This document shows, one piece after another, positions 18,693 through 25,168 of a DNA stretch of 25,168 bases. Positions within the stretch are counted from its first letter, which is position 1; every line of letters starts with the position of its first letter. The stretch comes from Candidatus Phoenicimicrobium oleiphilum (GTDB lineage: Bacteria; Atribacterota; Phoenicimicrobiia; Phoenicimicrobiales; Phoenicimicrobiaceae): NCBI GenBank assembly GCA_039638295.1, contig JBDIWJ010000016.1:1-25168 (forward strand), written 5' to 3'. The notes under the pieces are model-generated. The model did no database searches and was not told the DNA's origin. It was given only the letters and a program-made list of their open reading frames with translations. The position numbers and the translations under genes are program-made.

Positions 18693-19862
18693 TTACAACC
18701 CAGTTATTTTATATAACAGTTCAATTAAATCTTTATCAGATACTTCTCTCGGATTATTATTTAGAGTGCCCCCCTTTGCACCTTTAATTAATTGAGGGAA
18801 ATCTTCTTCTTTTATTCCCCATTCGGACAGATTATCTTTTATTCCTACCTGAGAAAGTATTTCTTTAATCTTTTCTACTGCTCTTTGGGCAGCTTCTGAC
18901 TCTGATAATAAAGAGACATCTTCTCCTAAGGATTGGGCTATTTTAGCCAATCTTTTGGTAATTACCGGGAGATTATACTCCATTACATAAGGCAGTAGTA
19001 CTGCACAGGAAAGACCATGAGGAATTTTATAATACACTCCTAACGGATGAGAGAGGGCATGGGCTGCTCCTAATCCGGAATTAGACAGGCAAAGCCCACT
19101 CAAAAGTGCGGCCATAGCCATATCTTTACGTGCTTCTAAATTTTTCCCATCTTTTACTGCTTTGACTAAACTTTTACCGATTAATCCTATAGCGTGTAGA
19201 GCCAGGACATCAGTGATTTCCTGATTTTTCTTACCTAAGTAAGATTCTATACATTGAGTCAGGGCATCGCCTCCACTGATAGCCGTCATATAAGGAGGTA
19301 GGGATAAGGTGAGTTCAGGGTCAACCAGAGCTACTTCTGGTAGAAGCCAGGGGTCTCTTATACTCTTCTTTAGACCAAGTTCAGTGTTGGTGATTACCGC
19401 ATTTCTTGTTGCTTCTGAGCCGGTACCCGAGGTAGTGGGGATGGCGATAAAGGGGATGGGTCTGTGTTGAAATTTTCTGCCTTTTCCTTCAATTTCCTGA
19501 TAATCAGCTACTGAACCTTCATTAGTTACTATTACCGAGATAGCTTTACCGGTATCGAGGACACTTCCTCCTCCCAGGGATATAACTAGATTGCAATTTT
19601 CTTTTCGGGCAAAATCTGTTCCAGCATCTACTATTTTTACTGTAGGATCAGAGGGGATATTTTCATAGATTGCATATTCTAAATTATTTTCTATAAGTAA
19701 ATGAGTTAAGCGGTCCAATGCCCCACTTTTTCTCATCGCCCCTCTACCCAGCACTATCAAAGCTTTACTTCCTAATCTTTTTGCCTCTGCTCCAACTTGA
19801 GATATTCCTCCCGGACCAAAGATAATTTTACCGGGTGCATAAAATTCGCCTATTTTATTCAA
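18693..19862 (-). CDS. Iron-containing (type III) alcohol dehydrogenase
   Basis: GGGSVLD.GK, PTTSGTGSEAT, DPELT, DALTQCIE, AHALSH, IPHG; AGGAGG RBS 9 nt before TTG start. Confidence 0.93.
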   Translation of the reverse strand: MNKIGEFYAPGKIIFGPGGISQVGAEAKRLGSKALIVLGRGAMRKSGALDRLTHLLIENNLEYAIYENIPSDPTVKIVDAGTDFARKENCNLVISLGGGSVLDTGKAISVIVTNEGSVADYQEIEGKGRKFQHRPIPFIAIPTTSGTGSEATRNAVITNTELGLKKSIRDPWLLPEVALVDPELTLSLPPYMTAISGGDALTQCIESYLGKKNQEITDVLALHAIGLIGKSLVKAVKDGKNLEARKDMAMAALLSGLCLSNSGLGAAHALSHPLGVYYKIPHGLSCAVLLPYVMEYNLPVITKRLAKIAQSLGEDVSLLSESEAAQRAVEKIKEILSQVGIKDNLSEWGIKEEDFPQLIKGAKGGTLNNNPREVSDKDLIELLYKITGL

Positions 19863-19880
19863 ATCGGTAATCCTCCTAAC

Positions 19881-19941
19881 ATGGGAACGATGCGTTATAC
19901 CCGCACCTTATTATTTTTTGTACCTTTAGGTTACAATCATA
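19881..19941 (-). repeat. Degenerate REP-plus-tail element, copy A
   Basis: ATGGGAACGATGCGTTATACCCGCAC-CTTATTATTTTTTGTACCTTTAGGTTACAATCATA aligns with 21348-21410 and 23811-23872. Confidence 0.65.
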
Positions 19942-20075
19942 CATTTTTATATTTTTTAATTTATATTATTATTTTTCTTTTGCCTTTGTAAAATTTTGAG
20001 TCAACCTCAATTTATCTCTAAAATTAATTTCAAAAGATTATCCATCGGTAAAAGTTATAATTTTTATATAAAGCG

Positions 20076-21317
20076 TTATTTACTGGATAAATAAATTCGC
20101 AGTATATTCAGGGCGCGGCGGGCTGAGCGCAAGCGGATTAATTGACGGTCTCCAAAAAATTGGTGCTTTTGGGTGAGAGTTTTTTTGCCATCAGCTAAAG
20201 CCATATAGACTAATCCTATTTTTTTCTTTTCTGTTGCTCCTCCCGGACCAGCGATACCAGTAATGCTAAGTCCAATATCACTGTGACAACACCTTCGCAC
20301 CCCTTCAGCCATTAATTCTGCTACTTGCCTGCTTACTTCACCATATTTTTTAATTATTTCTGAGGGCACTTTTAACAGGTCTTCTTTAACTTGAGCACTA
20401 TAACTTATCACTCCTCCTTGGAAATATTCAGAACTTCCCGGTATGCGGGTAATCATTTCACCCAGCATTCCCCCGGTACAGGATTCTGCCACTGCAATTT
20501 TAAGCCTTTTGCTCTTTAATAAATCTCCTATAACTTCTTCCAAAGACTGCTCATCACTTCCATAAATATAATTACCCAATATTTTAGTTAACTGATTAAC
20601 CGAAGATTGTAATAGTTTATCTGCTTCTTTTTCACTGGATGCTTGAGTGGTAATCTGGATTTGAATATCTTCTGGATTAGCATAGATGCCAAAAGAAAAA
20701 TTTTTCTGATTATTTATATAATCACGAATTAATTCATTAATTGATGATTCCCCTAAGCCTGTAACTTTTAATATTTTTGATTTTTTAATTACCGAAGGAG
20801 GAAATTTTTCTTTCAAGTAAGGGATTAAATTTTCTACTACCAATTTTTTCATTTCCCAGGGGACACCAGGCAGAGAACATATAATTTTATTATCTTTTTC
20901 CAGAATCATAGCCGGGGCAGTACCATATTGGTTAATAATAATTTTTACCCCTTCCGGAAGGTAGACTTGTTTGAGGTTACTGAAACTAATTTTTACTTTT
21001 ATTTTATTAAGCACTTTTCTTAAGTGTTCTTCCGCTTCGGGATATTTTATCAATTTAAGATTTAATACCCTGGCAATAGTTTCATAAGTGATATCATCTT
21101 CAGTAGGTCCCAACCCCCCGGTGGTGATTACCAGATCAGAACGTTTGAGGGCGAGTTTTAAGGTGGATAATAATGATTCAGAATTATCCCTAACTGCCGA
21201 AATATGTTCTACATCAATACCTAATTCGACCAATTTTTGGGCAATAAAATTAGCGTTGGTGTCAGTAATTTGTCCTCTCAATATTTCACTACCTATGCTG
21301 ATAATTTCTGCTTTCAT
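20076..21317 (-). CDS. cinA: Competence/damage-inducible protein A (MoCF-like N-terminal domain + PncC NMN deamidase)
   Basis: IGSEILRG...DTN, TGGLGPTEDDIT, GTAP, LPGVP.EM, AESCTGG, SITGIAGPGG. Confidence 0.95.
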   Translation of the reverse strand: MKAEIISIGSEILRGQITDTNANFIAQKLVELGIDVEHISAVRDNSESLLSTLKLALKRSDLVITTGGLGPTEDDITYETIARVLNLKLIKYPEAEEHLRKVLNKIKVKISFSNLKQVYLPEGVKIIINQYGTAPAMILEKDNKIICSLPGVPWEMKKLVVENLIPYLKEKFPPSVIKKSKILKVTGLGESSINELIRDYINNQKNFSFGIYANPEDIQIQITTQASSEKEADKLLQSSVNQLTKILGNYIYGSDEQSLEEVIGDLLKSKRLKIAVAESCTGGMLGEMITRIPGSSEYFQGGVISYSAQVKEDLLKVPSEIIKKYGEVSRQVAELMAEGVRRCCHSDIGLSITGIAGPGGATEKKKIGLVYMALADGKKTLTQKHQFFGDRQLIRLRSARRALNILRIYLSSK

Positions 21318-21347
21318 AAATTTATTTACCTCTCCCTAATCTTTCCG

Positions 21348-21410
21348 GTGGGCACGATGCATCGTGCCCCTACCTTTTTATTTTTTGTGTTTTTTTGGGT
21401 TATAATCATA
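21348..21410 (-). repeat. REP-plus-tail element, copy B
   Basis: GTGGGCACGATGCATCGTGCCCCTAC (21348-21373) followed by T-rich tail ending GGGTTATAATCATA. Confidence 0.85.
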
Positions 21411-21478
21411 TGTTACTATTCGATATTTTTATCAGTTATCAATTTTTGATTTACAGTTTAATTTGTTCTATGTTATCG

Positions 21479-22198
21479 CTACGAATCTGGTGTAGGGGGC
21501 GGATTTATCCGTTCCAGGCTATTTCTAATTTCATTTACAAAAATATGTGCCTCTCTTACGGGTATGGGTAATCTATATTTATCTGTACATTTTAATACAA
21601 TATCTATAGAAGTTAAAAGGTCTATTTTATTACCCGGGGAAACAAAAATAGGTTTGGTCCTTCTTCTTGTTCTTAAAACTGCCCCTAAAACTTCTTTGTC
21701 TTCTCTTAATAGGGTATAGTCTCCTTTTTCTTCTCCCACCGGAATATATTCTCCACTTAATCTTGATTTAGCACAGCCAATAGCAGGTTTATCTAAAAAT
21801 AATCCTAAGTGAGTAGCTATCCCCATTCTCCTGGGGTGAGCAATTCCCTGACCATCGAAGAGGATGATATCTGGTTCATTATTTATTTTTTTAAAAGCTG
21901 CAAGTAAGCTCGGTCCTTCCCGAAAGGTAAGAAGACCAGGGATGTAAGGGAAGTTTGCCGGGCAAACAGAATATTGCCTTTCAATTGTTTTTAATTGAGG
22001 AAATTTAAGAATTATGATTCCGGCGATCATCATATTTTTATAGTAACTTACATCTGCCCCGGCAACTCTCTTTATTTTATTAAAAGAATTATTTAAGGAT
22101 ATTTTTTTCTTTAATTTTCTCTGGAGTTGAACTGCTTCCTCAGGGCTAACTTTAAATGAGTGCAAATTTAGATATTTCAAAATTAATTTATCCTCCAT
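21479..22198 (-). CDS. nfi: Endonuclease V (deoxyinosine 3' endonuclease)
   Basis: VAGADVSY, FPYIPGLLTFRE, FDGQGIAHPRRMGIATHLG, IGCAKSRL, PIFVSPG, YRLP.P.R.AH; true start may be TTG at 22180 (GGAGG at 22196-22192). Confidence 0.96.
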   Translation of the reverse strand: MEDKLILKYLNLHSFKVSPEEAVQLQRKLKKKISLNNSFNKIKRVAGADVSYYKNMMIAGIIILKFPQLKTIERQYSVCPANFPYIPGLLTFREGPSLLAAFKKINNEPDIILFDGQGIAHPRRMGIATHLGLFLDKPAIGCAKSRLSGEYIPVGEEKGDYTLLREDKEVLGAVLRTRRRTKPIFVSPGNKIDLLTSIDIVLKCTDKYRLPIPVREAHIFVNEIRNSLERINPPPTPDS

Positions 22199-22204
22199 AT
22201 AAAT

Positions 22205-22239
22205 TAGTCGATAGTGAATAGTCGTTAGTTGTTAGTTTA
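22205..22239. repeat. Heptamer tandem repeat (TAGTnnn)x5
   Basis: TAGTCGA TAGTGAA TAGTCGT TAGTTGT TAGTTTA; reverse complement of 22202-22221 matches 13211-13230 at 19/20. Confidence 0.75.
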
Positions 22240-22404
22240 AAACTTAAAACTTTTTCTTTCCAAAATATTGCTTTTAAAGTACTCGGATTTATCCGTTTTA
22301 TTTTCTGTTTTTAAAAGAGGAGGAGACTCCAAGGAAAAAGGAAATTCTTATACAATGAATTTACTTTTTTAGGGATATAACTTATTTTATATACACTAAA
22401 CAAT

Positions 22405-22662
22405 TTACTCTACAGGAATGTCTTCTCCCATTTTTCTACGAGGCCATTCAATTTCTATTAATCCTGGTTTTGATAATCTGGCCTTAATCTCTTCTTTTTT
22501 AATATCAGGATTTATCCTTATTCTGAGAAGGTGAGATTTATCTGTCCTGGTATATCTTATACGTTGAGATAGTCCATAAAAACCTATTCCATAAGGACCT
22601 ATTTTAAATCCAAAATTTTCCCAGAAATCTTCAAAGTCCTCCCATTTTTCTTCAAATTTCAT
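22405..22662 (-). CDS. Small hypothetical protein with Hsp20/alpha-crystallin-like features
   Basis: 85 aa, AGGAGG RBS; aromatic-rich N-terminus, P.IKKEEIKA....GLIEIEWPR and terminal IPVE (IxI/V) motif. Confidence 0.65.
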   Translation of the reverse strand: MKFEEKWEDFEDFWENFGFKIGPYGIGFYGLSQRIRYTRTDKSHLLRIRINPDIKKEEIKARLSKPGLIEIEWPRRKMGEDIPVE

Positions 22663-22709
22663 TTCTTTTTACCTCCTACGTTTAATCTGTTTTAAAAGCA
22701 AAAGTTAGA

Positions 22710-23627
22710 TCACTTGGGCCACTGTTTTTTGGGGAAATAATTATAAGTAAGAAAATATTGGTTAATTACTGCATTGGGCCATTTGCTGATTATTATCATT
22801 TTTTTCTTTTTTAAAAATCTGCGTAGTTCTATATATTTAGAAAAATTAATAAAATCTTTATAGCTTCCAGTAAATTTTTTAGGCCAATCTCGGGCTAAAG
22901 GATGGAAAGGATTTTTAATGCTTTTGATTAATTCCTGATATCTTTGTGCCATATTCTTTATTTTGATTTTTTTGCCAATTTTTTCAAATACGGCTTCTGG
23001 ATGTAATTTCTCCCATCCTAAAGGAAGGGAGCCATGTTCGCCCCATTGTACATTTATTCTTGCCCGTTGATTATGAAGATTAGCATCTTTAACTGCCTCT
23101 TCAGTGGAAAGGATAGCCATATGAAAATAAGTATACACACCGGTTACTTTTTCTTTCTTTTTATCAAATTCTATCCATACTACCTCATGGTCGGAAGGGT
23201 CATTATCTCCCGGATAATCAATATCATCCTCCCAGAATAGATTATAAGCAATAATTGATTTTTCGGGGTGAATCACGGCTACTAAATCCTTAAGTTTGAA
23301 ATATTCTTTAATATTGGCAAATAATCGGGGAGCAAATTTATGAACTAATTTTATATCAGCTTCTGAAGGCATACGAGGAGGGTCTAATTTTAGCACTACC
23401 TCATATTCACTACTTGCTTCCATCAATCGTCTCATCAAATGGTAGGCATAGCCCAGCTGATAATGGTATAGGATATTGCCGGGGTCTAATTTTATCGCCC
23501 TCTGATAATTTTCTATAGCTTTATTGATTATCAATAGATTTCTTCCGAAAGCTTCGTATGTTTCCCGGTGCATTTCTCCATTTTCGAAATAATTTTTCGC
23601 CATAGTCATATTTATACCCATTTTCAA
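22710..23627 (-). CDS. TPR-containing protein with uncharacterised C-terminal domain
   Basis: KAIENYQRAIKLDP...YHYQLGYAY....A..EYE.VLKLDP TPR pattern; start uncertain (TTG 23627, ATG 23621/23609/23603). Confidence 0.8.
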   Translation of the reverse strand: MKMGINMTMAKNYFENGEMHRETYEAFGRNLLIINKAIENYQRAIKLDPGNILYHYQLGYAYHLMRRLMEASSEYEVVLKLDPPRMPSEADIKLVHKFAPRLFANIKEYFKLKDLVAVIHPEKSIIAYNLFWEDDIDYPGDNDPSDHEVVWIEFDKKKEKVTGVYTYFHMAILSTEEAVKDANLHNQRARINVQWGEHGSLPLGWEKLHPEAVFEKIGKKIKIKNMAQRYQELIKSIKNPFHPLARDWPKKFTGSYKDFINFSKYIELRRFLKKKKMIIISKWPNAVINQYFLTYNYFPKKQWPK

Positions 23628-23755
23628 AGTGATATTTTGTCGAATCTTTTATATTTATTATTTTCCAAAAAGCTAAAATATTTTCAACAGATTATATCTA
23701 GTATACCATGCAGATAATTTCATAGTAAATTATAATTTTTAGTCATAATTAAGTT

Positions 23756-23783
23756 GTAGGGGTATAATGAATTGCGCCCTCAC
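23756..23783 (+). repeat. Degenerate REP copy D, inverted relative to copy C
   Basis: GTAGGGGTATAATGAATTGCGCCCTCAC resembles the reverse complement of 23811-23836 (GTAGGGGAACGATGCATCGTGCCCAC). Confidence 0.6.
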
Positions 23784-23810
23784 CATATATATTATTGTTT
23801 TATTTCACCT

Positions 23811-23872
23811 GTGGGCACGATGCATCGTTCCCCTACCTTACTATTTTGTCTACATTTTGGGTCACAATCATA
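23811..23872 (-). repeat. REP-plus-tail element, copy C
   Basis: GTGGGCACGATGCATCGTTCCCCTAC (23811-23836) followed by tail ending GGGTCACAATCATA. Confidence 0.85.
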
Positions 23873-23909
23873 ATATTATAAAATAAAATTTGAAATTTTT
23901 TAAAGATAG

Positions 23910-23938
23910 TTGAATAATTAGTTTGTATGTATTATAAT
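23910..23938 (+). promoter_or_regulatory. Sigma70-type promoter of the DUF5698 gene
   Basis: TTGAAT (23910-23915), 17-bp spacer, TATAAT (23933-23938). Confidence 0.7.
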
Positions 23939-24002
23939 TGCCTCTGATTCAGAAATAAACAGAAACTTTCTAAATTTAATCAAAGATAAGGAGGGGGAGA
24001 GA

Positions 24003-24563
24003 ATGGATATAACGGAATTAATTGCCCGAGTGATGGATTCGAATGTCTATTTAGGAGCAGGAATTATTTTCTTGTCCCGGGTAATAGATGTGACCTTAGG
24101 TACTTTTCGAGTGCAGATGATAGTAAGAAGAAAAAAGCTTATTGCCGGGATACTTGGTTTTTTTGAAGTCTTGATATTTATTTTAATTGTAAGCAAAGTA
24201 ATCCAGGATATTGGTAATTGGTTTAATGTCTTGGCCTATTGCGGTGGTTTTGCAGTAGGAAATATTGGAGGTATCTATATAGCAGATAAAGTATCTAAAG
24301 AAATAATTTCAGTAGGGATTATCTCCAGGACTAAGTGGCAGGAGATTGAACAGAGACTTCGAGATGAAGGCTTTGGAGTTACCCGTACTATGGGATATGG
24401 CAAAGATGGTGAAGTTCAGGTCTTGCGGGTTATATGCGAAAGAAGCCATTTCCCTAAAGTAAGGGATATTTCTATGGAATATGACCGTAAAGCTTTTATT
24501 GCTTCTTATCTTATAACTGGAAAATACGGTGGCCGTTTTTATGGAATAAAGAGTAAAATATAG
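24003..24563 (+). CDS. DUF5698/DUF2179 (UPF0316-like) membrane protein
   Basis: IF..RVIDVTLGT.R, GFFEVLI, AY..GFA.GN..G hydrophobic N-terminus; LR..GFGVT...G.G.DG soluble C-terminus; AAGGAGG RBS. Confidence 0.85.
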   Translation: MDITELIARVMDSNVYLGAGIIFLSRVIDVTLGTFRVQMIVRRKKLIAGILGFFEVLIFILIVSKVIQDIGNWFNVLAYCGGFAVGNIGGIYIADKVSKEIISVGIISRTKWQEIEQRLRDEGFGVTRTMGYGKDGEVQVLRVICERSHFPKVRDISMEYDRKAFIASYLITGKYGGRFYGIKSKI

Positions 24564-24585
24564 AAAATTTTACAATATATTTCAA

Positions 24586-25167
24586 TTATAAAAAAGCCTT
24601 GGTGAATCTTTTTTCTGCAATTATTTCTCTAATTTTTTCTAACTGTATAGATTTATCAATATCTAAAGCAATTTCGGGAGGAGAGGGGATAGCTTTCCCC
24701 TTGAATCCTGCGAATAACTCTGAAAATTTCTTTTCTAAGTCTCTGACAGATAGATATTTTCTTAAATATTTCAGGGCAATTTGCGGACCTAATAGCCGAG
24801 CCATTTTTAGAGGGTGTTTTCTAAAATAAATAAATTGGTTAATTGTCTCTTCAAACTTAGTAATAATTTGAGGATTTATTAAAGAGATATTTCCTCCGGT
24901 AAACGATCCTTCAAAGAGATTAGCATATACCCTTCTTAATTCTGGAAAGGGGTAGGACTTTTGGTATATTTCCTTCTCAATTATAGGATAATAGAGGTCA
25001 AAACCAGGGAATTTATAACATTCTTTTATAAAGTAATCGATATGTTTTTCAGTTATTAGTGGGATATCGCAGGTGGAAATTAAGACGAGAGGGTCCTTTT
25101 GTAATAATTGAGTTCCTGATTTTAAAGTATCTATAATAGTTTGACTGTCAGGAATAGTTAGGTCAAC
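24586..25167 (-). CDS. MobA-like nucleotidyltransferase family protein, 5'-truncated by the window edge
   Basis: Frame is open from 25167 to TAA at 24586 (the 72-aa ORF is only its C-terminus): ...VLISTCDIPLI...DLYYPII...EGSFTGGN...RKHPLKMARLLG...PEIALDIDK. Confidence 0.8.
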   Translation of the reverse strand, partial: VDLTIPDSQTIIDTLKSGTQLLQKDPLVLISTCDIPLITEKHIDYFIKECYKFPGFDLYYPIIEKEIYQKSYPFPELRRVYANLFEGSFTGGNISLINPQIITKFEETINQFIYFRKHPLKMARLLGPQIALKYLRKYLSVRDLEKKFSELFAGFKGKAIPSPPEIALDIDKSIQLEKIREIIAEKRFTKAFL

Positions 25168-25168
25168 C

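Noticed and set aside
20038..20046. TTATCCATC as a DnaA box
   Set aside because: Two mismatches to TTATCCACA, isolated, no origin context
19797..21449. ORFs 19797-19991 and 21237-21449 with similar GTMR/GTMH..PT peptides
   Set aside because: The similarity comes from translating the REP-plus-tail repeat; both overlap real genes on the opposite strand
24586..24829. 72-aa (minus) and 76-aa (plus) ORFs as independent small genes
   Set aside because: The 72-aa ORF is the C-terminus of a longer nucleotidyltransferase frame open to the window edge; the 76-aa ORF is its antisense shadow

Overview
An AT-rich bacterial chromosomal segment of mostly housekeeping genes with Firmicutes-style RNA regulation; the lineage cannot be determined from sequence alone (an Atribacterota-like anaerobe is only an unverified impression). 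In order: the 3' half of a T-box riboswitch and a complete trpEGDCFBA operon; a GntR(FCD)-led catabolic operon (LhgO/GlpA-like flavoprotein with a BFD [2Fe-2S] tail, NAD(P)/FAD oxidoreductase, DUF1667 Cys protein, LarA/DUF2088-domain protein); two tandem PyrR attenuators, pyrR, a repeat-filled spacer and pyrK-pyrD-pyrF-pyrE; a FabX/UfaA-like flavoprotein, an LsrG-like ABM protein and an RRM protein with a long structured leader; on the minus strand Fe-ADH, cinA, nfi, a miniature Hsp20-like protein and a TPR protein; then a DUF5698/DUF2179 membrane protein and the 3' part of a MobA-like nucleotidyltransferase. The best candidates for undescribed biology are (i) the glpK-less dehydrogenase + LarA-domain operon, (ii) a family of GTAG-type REP palindromes, three of which carry a conserved ~35-nt tail and lie upstream of minus-strand genes, (iii) a half-sized alpha-crystallin-like protein paired with a TPR protein, and (iv) the duplicated PyrR attenuator. 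No CRISPR array, tRNA, rRNA or transposase was seen.
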